A stretch of 29,194 bases of DNA from Octopus sinensis. Taxonomy: Eukaryota. This document shows, piece by piece, positions 1 to 10,696 of the stretch. The notes beneath the pieces were generated by a model. It did no database searches, was not told the origin of the DNA, and was given only the letters and a program-made list of their open reading frames with translations. Position numbers and translations under genes: made by a program. Position 1 is the first letter of the stretch. Every line of letters begins with the position of its first letter. Location: NCBI RefSeq assembly GCF_006345805.1, contig NW_021833142.1, positions 1-29,194 of the forward strand, given 5' to 3'.

Positions 1-186
1 ATTACAAGTTCATCAAAAATCATATATAAGCATATATACAGAAAGAATTTGAAGGCAGTATTTGATAGGAGAAAGCGTGTATTGCTTAGTCAAAACTTCA
101 TCAGAAATCAGATTTAGATACTTATACAGAATTTTAGGGGAATGACCAACCTTTTTCCTTCATCTCCTGTATTGATGTGACACATA

Positions 187-336
187 CGTAACGTAGTAGT
201 TCGGCAAAAAAAAAAAAAACGTTATATTAAGTACTAGGTTTATAAAGAATAAATCCTGGAGTCGACTTATTCGACTAAAACCCGTCAAGGCGATGCTCCA
301 GCATGGCTGCAGTCAAATGACTGAAACAAAAGAAAA
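187..336 (+). mobile_element. SINE family D, 3' fragment
   Basis: Matches the 3' end of the other D copies in the window (…GGCGATGCTCCAGCATGGCTGCAGTCAAATGACTGAAACAA), followed by (TG)n. Confidence 0.8.
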
Positions 337-386
337 TGTGTGGTGTGTGTGTGTGTGTGTTTGTGTGTGTGTGTATGTGTGTGTGT

Positions 387-763
387 GAGGCACAATGGCC
401 CAGTGGTTAGGGCAGCGGACACGCGGTCGTACGATCGCAGTTTCGACTCCCAGACTGGGCGTTGTGAGTGTTTATTGAGCGAAAGCACCTAAAGACCGAC
501 GAGGCTCCAGCAGGGGCTTGTGGTGAACCTGCTGCTCTTTCTCCCAACACTCTACTTCTCTCACTCTTCTTCCTGGTTCTGTTGTACCGTATTTCAAAGG
601 CCAGCCTGTCAACAGTTTGTGTCACGCTCAATCTCCTCGAGAACTACATTAAGGGTACACGTGTCTGTGGAGTGCTCTGCCACTTGCACGTTAATTTCAC
701 GAGCAGGCTGTTCCATTGATCGGATCAGCTGGAACTCTCGTCGTCGTAACCGACAGAGTGCCA
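387..763 (+). mobile_element. tRNA-derived SINE family B, near full length, diverged
   Basis: Pol III A-box TGGCCCAGTGG and B-box GTTTCGACTCC; colinear with the B copies at 16356 and 19287, including the tail CACGTTAATTTCACGAGCAGG…CGTCGTCGTAACCGAC. Confidence 0.9.
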
Positions 764-899
764 TGATATGTGCGTGTGTGTGTATGTGTGTGTATGTGTG
801 TGTGTATGTGGTTGGGTGTGTGTGTGGTGTTTGTATTTTAAGATCAAGCCCAAACGTGGATTTCTTTGATAGCAACTGAGGATATTACCGAAGAATTTA

Positions 900-1113
900 A
901 GGAAGCGAGCTGGGAGAATCGGTAGCACGCCGGGCAAGATGCTTAGCGGCATTTAGCCCATCTCTACCTTCTAAGTTCAAATTCCACCGAGGTTGACTTT
1001 GCATTTCGTCCTTTCGCGATCGATAAAATAAGCACCAGTTGAGCACTGAGGGTCGATGTAATCGACTAGCACCTTGCCCCAAATCTGCCGACCTACTGCC
1101 AAAATTTAAATCA
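900..1113 (+). mobile_element. tRNA-derived SINE family C (Meta-like central domain), diverged
   Basis: Colinear with the copy at 14859; GAGGTTGACTTTGCATTTCGTCCTTTCGCGATCGATAAAATAAGCACCAG resembles the MetaSINE domain (recognised from memory). Confidence 0.8.
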
Positions 1114-1258
1114 ATATAACTAAGAAAATGAAGTGAAATACATTTCAACCAGGAGGCGAAACAGCCGTAGCAGCTCAACTCGCTTATGATCATGCATTTC
1201 AGTCAATAGAATCCACCAAGTAATGCTATAATAATTATTTCTCAAGTCAAGGGAAAGT

Positions 1259-1604
1259 GGAGGCATGTAGCTTAGTGGTTAGGGTGTTGAACCAAATGAT
1301 CGAAAGGTTGTGGTTTCGATTCCTGGACCAGGCGATGCGCTGTATTTTTGAGCAAAACACTTCATTTCACGTTGCTCCAGTCCAGTCAGCTGGCAAAAAT
1401 GAGTAATCCTGCGACGGACCGGTGTGTGGTTTCGATTCCTGGACCGGGCGACGCGTTATGTTCTTGAGCAAAGCACTTCATTTCACGTTGCTCCAGTCCA
1501 GTCAGCTGGCAAAAATGAGTAATCCTGCAACGGACTGGCGTCCCAGCCAGGTGGGGAATTTCTACGCCACTGAAACCGGGAAATCTACCCTTATGAGCCT
1601 GGCA
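1259..1604 (+). mobile_element. tRNA-derived SINE family A (CORE-like domain) with internal tandem duplication
   Basis: A-box TAGCTTAGTGG, B-box GTTTCGATTCC, then GAGCAAAACACTTCATTTCACGTTGCTCCAGTCCAGTCAGCTGGCAAAAATGAG (CORE-like). Segment 1309-1419 recurs at 1425-1535. Confidence 0.8.
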
Positions 1605-1974
1605 TAGCAAGGGAGGGAAGATTTAATTCTTTATTTTAGTTAAGGGAAGACTCCACTCCCTGTGCCATCCTTTTCTACATTTACTCTTTTATAGATTTAT
1701 TCACTCAATTTTGGCCAAGCTGGAGCACCACGTTCGGATGTTTTAGTGAAAGAGATCGACCATATCACGTGTAGATTTGTATGTAGTATTTGTACATTAT
1801 TTTGGTCTCTGCACGGTTTTAGCGCAGTTGAAATTTGATCCGAGAACATAAAGAAACCTAATAAAATATCACAAAGTATATTTGTTGGATGCTCCACAGA
1901 ATGCTGTCAATCCAGACAAGTAAGTTCAAATTTAACCCGACTTCCTACGTGATGTTTTCTTATACTAATCATAT

Positions 1975-2084
1975 GTATGTGCGTGAACATGTGTGTGTGC
2001 GTACACACACGCACACGCATACACACACATACATATAATCACACACATCTGAACACATACATACGTATAATCACAGATATGTAG

Positions 2085-2120
<36 letters not shown>

Positions 2121-2661
2121 AGATAATTATAAATAATATAATAGTAATCCAACATGAAACACAAGAGAACACATATATATATGTATGTATGTATGTGTGT
2201 GCGTATGTATGCATGTGTATGTGTGAGTGTGTGTGTGAGAATCATATTTTTATTATATATAGGGGGAGGATATGTGCATATATATATATATATATATGAG
2301 TCTGGTGTGCGCACGTGTGTATTATATATATATATTATATATAATATATATATATATATATATATCTTATATATATATATAGATAATATATATATATATT
2401 ATATAGAATGTATATATATTATATATGTATATATGTATATATTATAAATATATGTATGTATATATGTATGTGTGCATGTATGTATGTATATCATAAATAC
2501 ATGTGTGTGAGTGGTGAAAATGTGCGTGTGTGTGTGCGCGCGCGCTATCTTAATTTAGTAAGATGACCGAAAACATCTTAATTAAACAAGTAATTAAATA
2601 TATCAATACCGAAGCATATAATCATATAAACATAATAGATTATCAAAGCACACACACCACC

Positions 2662-2728
<67 letters not shown>

Positions 2729-3196
2729 TATATACATACATATATATCACTATATGTGTGTATGTGTGTGAGGTGTCTATATATCATAATAAATATACAA
2801 AATAAATATACAAAAACGTAAAATTTCGTTGACTTTTCACTTAGATTTCTGAACATTTATGAAATTAAATCTATAAAAACGTTTAATTTGTGGCTTTTGA
2901 TAGAAACTTTTTTGTGAGAGATCAATGAAGTTGTTAGTTATGTCATCAGTAATTAGAACTCTGTTATCTTAAATTCTGATTACGCCATCACATACACACA
3001 TACAGACACACACACACACAAATACACACACATATATATATTAGGTGAAAATAAAAACAAGATAATTTATTATTTGCTTACTAACAAATACATTTTATCG
3101 ATTAAATGAAATTGAGAAGAAAGTTTAAAATAAAATAACACTGATAGTAATAATGACAGCAATAATAATAGTAATAATGATGATAATAATAATAAT

Positions 3197-3229
<33 letters not shown>

Positions 3230-3560
3230 TACTAATAATAATAATATAATAATAATAATAATAATAGTAATAATCATAATAGCAATAATTATAATATAAT
3301 GACGATGATAATGATATATAAACATGAATTCGATAATAATATCAAATTTATGTATACGTATATATGTATCTGAGAATATATATATGCGTGGTGATGTCCT
3401 ATATGACATGTATATATAATATATATATAATATATATAGAATATATATAGATATATATAGATATATATATAGATAGATATTATATTTGTGTGTGTGTAAT
3501 ATATAGATACTTATATATATATATATATATATGACTATTCATACACACACATACTCACGC

Positions 3561-3595
<35 letters not shown>

Positions 3596-3770
3596 CACTT
3601 ATACGATAACGATGTGTCTACATGTGCGTGTGTATAAAAGCGTATATAAGCATATATAATTATGTATATACGTGTATATACATACATATATTTATGTGTG
3701 GGTGTGTGTGTGCGTATTTGCGTGTGTGTGTGTGTGTGTGCCCGTGCGGGTATGTATGTATGAGTGATCG
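1975..3770. repeat. Compound microsatellite field: (TA)n, (CA/TG)n, (TATG)n, (TAA)n with short AT-rich spacers
   Basis: Directly visible; ORFs here translate to YIYI/THTH/III runs. Confidence 0.97.
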
Positions 3771-4280
3771 GTTCTGTTGGTTGTACGTCTTTTTGTAGTT
3801 AATTATTGAGGTATAAAAAAACAAATATGATTGCATTTAATGACTTTTAATTGCATTAATTTAATATCAGAATGATCTCTGAGCTAGACGTCTAGGCTAG
3901 AAATCAGAAAAAAAACTTTGCTTTATTGAGTTTGGGGAAAAAGATCAAGTTTTATTAACATTTTCTTTGTAATATTATTTCATTTTTATCAGTTTTTCAT
4001 TTCGTTCACCCATTTTTTGTAATATTTTTTGGTTTTTTATCCAATCGATTCCTTACTTTAAGTGTCATCTATAAATACGTCATTTTAATTCGTATATTTT
4101 ATTAATAATCGCACTGTAGTTTAAACATATTTTTTCAGTTTTTATTTTATTTTCTTGAGCTCTGTGACATATGAAACTGGTTATCCGGTTTCGATGGCCT
4201 ATATTTGACCGATATCACAACATTCACCCTAAACGGGACGCAGATCCGTTGAAGAGTTCAAAGCTAGCAATTTTAAAGGA

Positions 4281-4443
4281 GGAAGATTAGTTGATTAATT
4301 AGCTCCAGTACTTGAATGGTACTTTATTTTATCGACTCTTCATGAATAAAAGGCAGTTTACCTCAGCGAGATTCGAACTAAAAAGGTAAAGAAATGCCGC
4401 TAGACATTTTGTCCGACTCTCTTCCGTTTCAGTCAGCTCGCCT
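4281..4443 (-). mobile_element. SINE family C, old degraded copy
   Basis: Reverse-complement similarity to C copies (…GGTACTTTATTTTATCGAC…ACCTCAGCGAGATTCGAACT…CAGCTCGCC). Confidence 0.65.
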
Positions 4444-4559
4444 AGGCTATAATTTCTATTGAATATCTGTAGAGATAACCCTAACAAGTAATGTAGCAGC
4501 ACTGCTAACACAGTAGAACAAGTAGCCTGCATACATCCCATGAGTCCTTTTGAGACTTC

Positions 4560-6716
4560 CCATGAGTCTTTGTTGTCAGTGTGTGCATGTGTCATTGTGT
4601 TGTGCACTGAAGAACAGAAGCCGGCAGTGTTTAGCCTGCCAAAAGAAGCTACTGCAAGGTAAGATTTTTCTCATGAACCCAGTGAGGGTCGTTGCCTGTG
4701 CTTATATGTTTTACAAACAGGGAATCCTCACTGGGTTCAAGATGTTGGTCTACTTGCGGCTCAGCAATATGGTTCAAATATCAAATATTATTAAATTTTT
4801 TTTTTCTCATTGTGAGAAGTACAGTTTGGTGTGCGTATCCTTCAACCAAAAGTTGTTCACTTTTTAACAGTGTGTGTTTTTACAACATTTACCATTATTG
4901 GAAAACTATATTTCAAGTGTTCACATGTAGGGAAAAATTTTTCTCCTTGTGAGAAATATAGTTTGGTGACGTATCTTGCCACCAAAAGTCGTTCGGTGTT
5001 TGTAAATAGTGTGTATTTTACAACTACGTTGGAAAGCTGTATTTGAAATGGATCAGTCCAGGTTCTAATTGGAGTACCATAAGGGCTTGGAGTACCTGAA
5101 TGCTCAGAAGACTTTTTTGCTGTGTATTTTTTTTTTAACTGTTGTTTTCTTCTATTGTGACATGTTTTATTGAACTGTTTGTTTTTTTTTGTTCTTCCCT
5201 TTTGTTTCGTTTTGAATTCTCTCTTTCCTTTTTTGTGAACTATTATTTTGGACTTTTATATTTTTTAACTTGGCAAAAAGGTACGGAAAAGATTGTAGAA
5301 TGTGAGATTGTTCCACCTAAGGAGTGGCTCAGACAGCAAGAGGAGAGGACGGTGGTGTTGAGAACGTATTCGAAGGTTCTCGACACCATTACCGTCTTCT
5401 TTAAGCAGATGATTGAGCAGGAGTTGGCGGAACATCTGCCAAACATTAAATATATCTCAAAGGGAGTCAAACAAGCAACGGTGTGGTTGCTGCTTGACAC
5501 CCCAGAGGAAACTCGCAGTTTTGCGAGCCAGCCCGTTGACGGTAAAGAAATTTTGTTTCTTCCCACTTATTGTGGGAATGAATTGACGAGGACCTGGGTC
5601 TGCGGTTTGCCACCCGAAATTGAACCCCAGTGGGTAGATAATACTATCCGTCAGGGTTTGGGTGGCAGCGGAGCCAGGTTCCTCAATGTGAAAATTCTTC
5701 CTGCAGCTGACTGAGTTGTGTCAAAAGCTGTTTTGACCCTGTGGACCCAATCAGCCATGAATCTGGTTATGCTAGATTTTTTGAAAATGGCCGAGTGCAG
5801 GTACCCGGTGATTCTTGAGGGTCACCCCCACTCACCAGGTGTCATCGGTGCCTGGAGCCTGGCCATATAAAGAAGAACTGTCCTCGGGAGAAAGGCGGAG
5901 TCCTGGAGCAGTCAGTTGAGACCTCTGTAGAAGAGGGAACGAAGGCGGCTGAGGAGACGGAGGACTCCTCAGGGAAGGGTCGCAAAAGGAAGAAGGTGAG
6001 CAACAATGAGTGCTCACCGAAGGATCCTGTGGATGAGGGAGGGGAGGTGAATCACCCGGTCACGGAGGAGACGCACCTTCCCTCAGTTGAGAGGAGAAAA
6101 AAGAAGAAGAGGAAGAGAAACGGGACATTGCTGGCAGTCGGTGACATGGCACCGGAATGTCCCGGAACCTTGCCGGTAGGAGGCACTGGCAGGGGAATAG
6201 ACACCATTGGGGAACTGTGCCGCCGACGATAGAATTGACTACCTCGAACCCAGAGGAAGAGAAACTATTGGTCTTTCTACAGAGGCGGAGAGTTAGAAGA
6301 GGTGGTGGAAAGGCACCATAAGGGAGTACCTTTAACCTTCACACAGGATCCCAAATGGCCTCCGCAGATAGCTGTGGAGGTCATAACGGTGGCTGTGGGG
6401 TGTAGGCTGCAGGGACCCAATGAGGAATATCGTTTGTGGCCGGGCGACGCCGGCTCGGATCCCGCCTTGGTTTTGAATGAGACGTGGGGGATGGTGGAGT
6501 ATACGGGCACAAGCGATGTCGGGGAGGAATAATGACAAGAGGTTGAAGAGCCTCAGTGTTATATGATGATTGTGTTTATTGCATGTTATTGTGTTTAAGA
6601 GGATTAACGCCCCAATTCTTAAATGGACTATTAGTCCAAAATTTGTAAAACTGAAGTAAGAGGTTCATTACCTCGTTTTGTTTTGTTTTTTTCTGTGAAA
6701 AAAAAAGAAGAGAATA
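4560..6716 (+). mobile_element. Tx1/L1-clade non-LTR element: putative 5' UTR + ORF1 + short 3' region ending in an A-rich run; no ORF2 seen; boundaries approximate
   Basis: GC-richer block with an ORF1-like reading frame; upstream tandem ~137-bp monomers; A-rich tract at ~6698-6716. No TSD identified. Confidence 0.6.
5270..6532 (+). pseudogene. Disrupted LINE ORF1 protein (RRM-like region + CCHC zinc knuckle + basic/acidic tail)
   Basis: TRTWVCGLPPEIEP (RRM-like); in-frame TGA at 5712; frameshift near 5825; CHRCLEPGHIKKNC = CX2CX4HX4C at 5840-5881, which the ORF track misses; RRKKKKRKR basic stretch; last segment 6302-6532. Confidence 0.82.
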
Positions 6717-6860
6717 ATGTTTTAGAGAAGCAAAGGATCGGCGGGCATTTTTTTGTCTTCTCCCATTAATATCATCCTTATCATCATTCACATCATCAAT
6801 GTCTTTGTCCAGCCTGCAAGCTCCTCTGTGTCGTACCTTTATGGCAAAATTTTTGAAATA

Positions 6861-7007
6861 AAGTAGCTTGCTTACCAACCACATGGTTCCGGGTTCAGTC
6901 CCACTGCGTAGCACCTTGGGCAACTGTCTTCTACTATAGACTCGGGCCGACCAAAGCCTTGTGAGTGGATGTGGTAGACGGAAACTGAAAGAAGCCCGTC
7001 GCATGTA

Positions 7008-7038
<31 letters not shown>

Positions 7039-7270
7039 GCATGTGTGTGTATGTGTTTGTGCGTGTGTCCACCACCACCCCTCCAGCATCGTTTGACAAC
7101 CGATGCTGGTGTGTTTATGTCCCCGTAACTTAGCGGTGCGGTAAAAGATACCGATAGAATAAGTACTAGGCTTGCAAACAATAAGTCCTGGATCGATTTG
7201 CTCCACTAAAGGCGGTGCTCCATCGTGGCCGCGGTCAAATGACTGAAACAAGAAAAAGAGTAAAAGAGTA
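6861..7270 (+). mobile_element. SINE family D, near full length (5' ~20 bp missing)
   Basis: B-box GGTTCAGTCCC, GCCTTGTGAGTGGAT…GACGGAAACTGAAAGAAGCCCGTCG, internal TA/TG tract, (GTAAAAGA)n tail. Confidence 0.92.
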
Positions 7271-7285
7271 TGCTTCATTAGTAAT

Positions 7286-7660
7286 GCGGTGGGCTGGCAG
7301 AACCGCGGTATTTCGTCTGTCTTTACGTTCTGAGTTCAAATTCCGCCGAGGTTGACTTTGCCTTCATCCTTTCGGGGTCGATTAAATAAGTACCAGTTAC
7401 GCACTGGGGTCGACATAATCGACTTAATTCCGTTTGTCTGTCCTTGTTTGTCCTCTCTGTGTTTAGCCCCTTGTAGGTAGTAAAGAAATAGGTATTTCAT
7501 CTGTCTTTACGTTCTGACTTCAAATTCCACCGAGGTCGACTTAGCCTTTTATCTTTCCGGTGTCAATAAATTAAGTACCAGTTGCGCACTGGGTTCGATC
7601 TAATCGACTGCCCACCCCTCCCCAAAAATTTCGGGCTTTGTTCCCAGAGAAGAAAAGAAT
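7286..7660 (+). mobile_element. SINE family C, head-to-tail dimer with two different tails
   Basis: The B-box + Meta-like domain occurs twice (~7310-7425 and ~7491-7610), separated by a pyrimidine-rich tail. Confidence 0.85.
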
Positions 7661-7723
7661 ATACAGTATTAGTATATTATAGTTGCATAATGAAGTACCG
7701 CGTCCCTACAAGTCATTAAAATA

Positions 7724-8269
7724 TTGGGTTGTCCGGAAAGTTCGTGCCGATTTTTAAAGGAAAGAAAAAGGTCAATAAATACTTGCCATTACACTTTTAA
7801 TCAACCAAACATGAACCATTTTGTTACACAATGCGTCTCCATCTTTCCTTTAACTTGAAAATACCCTCTTCCCAGAATTGAGGTGGTTTCATGGCAAAGA
7901 ATTCATCAAGGTATCTTTTTACGTCATCCAAGGAATTGAAATTTTTACCATTAAGACTATTCTGCAGATACCTGAATAAGTGGAAATCCGAAGGAGCAAT
8001 ATCTGGTGAATATGGAGAGTGAGGCTCAGCCGAGCTGCAGCAATTTTTGTCTGATTCCCAAATCGTCAAGTGCCGAAAATGAACTTTCTTATCTTCCATT
8101 TTAAAGGGTTACAGAATTAACACAGGTTATAGGAACATAAACCTTCTTCCACGAAAAGATAGCTTAAACTGAGGTGTAGTCAAATCCTATTTTATGAACT
8201 CAACCATGTTCTAAAATAAGTCGAAAGGTAAGCTGCTATAAATCGGCACGAACTTTCCGGACAACCTAA
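7724..8269 (-). mobile_element. Mariner DNA transposon, internally deleted (546 bp)
   Basis: 30-bp TIRs at 7724-7753 and 8240-8269 (one mismatch), TA on both sides (7722-23, 8270-71); transposase remnant inside. Confidence 0.96.
7824..8099 (-). pseudogene. Mariner transposase N/C-terminal fusion remnant
   Basis: MEDKKVHFRHL (N-terminus) joined to PHSPYSPDIAPSDFHLFRYLQNSL…KERWRRIV; the YSPD(L/I)APSD motif carries the third catalytic Asp of mariner D,D34D transposases. Confidence 0.92.
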
Positions 8270-8370
8270 TACATATTTATGTACGTACGTATCTTCTCTT
8301 CCTTTCACTTTAAAATATATTTTGACTGGCTCACTACTTAAGCAAGCTTGGGAAGAAAAGTATCTTCTTT

Positions 8371-8463
8371 AGGTGTTTTCGCTCAATAAACACTCACAAC
8401 GCCCGGTCTGGGAATCGAAACCGCGAGTCCGCTGTCCTAACCACTGGGCCATTGCGCCTCCAC
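8371..8463 (-). mobile_element. SINE family B, 5' head fragment
   Basis: Reverse complement of GTGGAGGCGCAATGGCCCAGTGG…; 14 bp lost between two CCGCGA repeats relative to the 19287 copy. Confidence 0.88.
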
Positions 8464-8986
8464 ACACATATATATATATGTATGTATGTATGTAATGTAT
8501 GTATGTATGTATGTATGTATCTATGTATGTATGCATGCATGCATGTGTGTGTATGTGTGTGTGCGTGTATGTATGATTTTTTTAGTCATAGCATTCGTAA
8601 GGTCGATTACTCATTTTCATGGCGGATAGGTGAGTGAGATCTCTTGTATCCTGCGAGATTCTTTGTATCCTGCAACACCGTTCGTTGCAGGATACAAGCA
8701 CAGCAATTTGAAGGGGAAGGGCTTGCGATCCCGAAGGGATAAAAAGCAAAGTCGACCTCGGTGGGTCAGCCAGCTCGCCGACTAAAATTTAGCATATAAA
8801 TAGAAGTAACAATTTCCATATTAAATGGGCCGTTTTATTAAGTCCCATCCAAGTTCCTTTGCGTTCATTTTTTGCTCCAATAGAATTTATCTGTTCTCCT
8901 CTCCTCAATGAGCAAAACAGATACCAAACCAGAAATACGTCTGGAAGACCAAAGACGAAATTGTTTTATTGCTAGTACTGTATTCA

Positions 8987-9712
8987 TTTCTTATCTTTAT
9001 ATTTTTACCTGTTTCAATTATAAGAATGCGGCCATGCTGGGGCCTGCCTTAAAGAATTTTAATCGCGCGAATCGACGCCGGTACTCATCTCTTTTTGAAA
9101 CGTTGTACTTATTTTATCGATTTCTTTTGTCAAACCGCCAATACACGGGAAGGTAAACACATCAAAAGCAGTTATCAAGCGGTGATGAGAGACAAGCACA
9201 AGGATATACACACATATGCATAGATACACGCACACACACACACACTCACATATGTAAATATATTTGAGGGGCTTCTTTCAGTTTCCTATTTTTTTTATTG
9301 CCCACAAGGGGCTAAATACAGAGGGGAAAAACAAGGACAGACAAAGGGATTAAGTCGATTACATCGACCCCAGTGCGTAACTGGTACTTATTTAATCGAC
9401 CCCGAAAGGATGAAAGGCAAAGTCGACCTCGGCGGAATTTGAACTCAGAACGCTAACGGCAGACGAAATACGGCTACGCATTTCGCTCGGCGTGCTAACG
9501 TTTCTTCCAGCTCGCCGCCTATTTTTTTTTCGAATGATCCCCCGTCTCTAAACGCTTCCTTTCAGTTTCCTCCAACCAAATCCACTCACAAGGCTTTAGT
9601 CGGCTCGTGGCTATAGTAGAAGACACCTGCTATAGTAGAAGACACCGAGGTGCCGCGCAGCGTAGCACGAAATCATGAGGTTGTCAATCAAGCTCTTTAA
9701 GCACACAGCCAA
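8987..9712 (-). mobile_element. SINE family D, interrupted by a family C copy
   Basis: 3' half 8987-9287 and 5' half ~9555-9712; CTTTCAGTTTCCT is present at both 9275-9287 and 9559-9571. Confidence 0.8.
9288..9520 (-). mobile_element. SINE family C (first-tail type), near full length
   Basis: Colinear with 17007-17241 and with the first half of the 7286 dimer. Confidence 0.9.
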
Positions 9713-10041
9713 GCCAATCCTAACAAAACGATTGTTTATTATCTTTTATCAAGTGGTAATTCACTGACCATGACTCTTCGCAAGATCTCTAAAACAGTTT
9801 GGAAGAAGAAAAGAAATTCTCTATATTTTGAGAATAATTTTCAGTCCCAAATGCTTGCAACGGGCGCCCAACGTGACCGGTGGTTTTGTTAATTCGGGAG
9901 ACGCATTGTCTTAAGTCTGCCACACAAACAACTTCTAGTAGGATCCAAACTCAAAACCGGAACAAATGCCACAAGGTGTCCGGTCCGACATTCTTAAAGT
10001 TCTATGGCACAAGGCCAGAATGCTCGGGAGAGGGGCTAAGT

Positions 10042-10360
10042 TTCTCGCTCACGACATCATAAGCGGAAAGTGTAACCTCTCGAAAGAGCTGTTCTTCACT
10101 CCTGCTCCAGAGCGTCGGCTGCGGGGTCATTCCGAAAAGCTCTACCTGCGACGATTTCATCTCAATCGAAGGAGAGGAGCTTTCTCCGTCCAGGTTGCGA
10201 TCCGTGGACGTGGAACAAGCTGCCAGACGAGATGGTGAAGATGCCGACGACCGCTTTGTTCAAAGCCTCCCTGGACCTCAAGTGGCCTGAACTCCATGTC
10301 CCCCTACATGGCCTTGCTATTTGCTTTTGAGCCAAATTAACTAACTAACTAACTAACTAA
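10042..10360 (+). mobile_element. CR1-type LINE 3' end with (TAAC)n tail
   Basis: …LFFTPAPERRLRGHSEKLYLRRFHLNRRRGAFSV… then, frameshifted, WNKLPDEMVKMPTTALFKASLDLKW: the RGH/WNxLP/FKxxLD C-terminal signature of CR1/L2-group ORF2. (TAAC)5 at 10338-10360. Confidence 0.85.
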
Positions 10361-10620
10361 GTCGATTGAATTGACCCCAGTGTTTCAACTGGTATATATT
10401 TTATCGGCCCGAAAGGGTGAAAGGCAAAACCGACCCCGGTGGAATTCGAACGCAGAGCGTAAAGACGGATAGCACCCCGCTTCTATGCACTGTTATATAT
10501 TGATGCTTTGCTTTATTGACCAGGAAAGGTTGAAAAACGAAGTTCGACCTCTGTGGGATTTGAACCCGAACTGTAGAAAGTCAAAATAAATAACGCGAGA
10601 AATTCTAGTCGAAGCTCTAA
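10361..10620 (-). mobile_element. Two degraded SINE family C fragments
   Basis: GTCGATTGAATTGACCCCAGTG…GAAAGGCAAAACCGACCCCGGTGGAATTCGAAC and a second …GACCTCTGTGGGATTTGAAC. Confidence 0.6.
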
Positions 10621-10629
10621 CAGTTTAGT

Positions 10630-10632
<3 letters not shown>

Positions 10633-10692
<60 letters not shown>
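10633..10692. repeat. (CT)n microsatellite
   Basis: Directly visible, at the tail of the adjacent D SINE. Confidence 0.98.

Positions 10693-10696
<4 letters not shown>

Noticed and set aside
387-465. tRNA-like heads (A/B boxes) as tRNA genes
   Set aside because: No acceptor-stem closure; each continues into a repeated SINE body.
2039-3409. Numerous ORFs with YIYI, THTH, VCMY and poly-amino-acid runs here and throughout the window
   Set aside because: Translations of microsatellites that lack stop codons in some frames.
3884-3895. 12-bp palindrome CTAGACGTCTAG (also TGGACTA-T-TAGTCCA at 6624-6638)
   Set aside because: Short palindromes of this size are expected occasionally in 29 kb; no associated structure.
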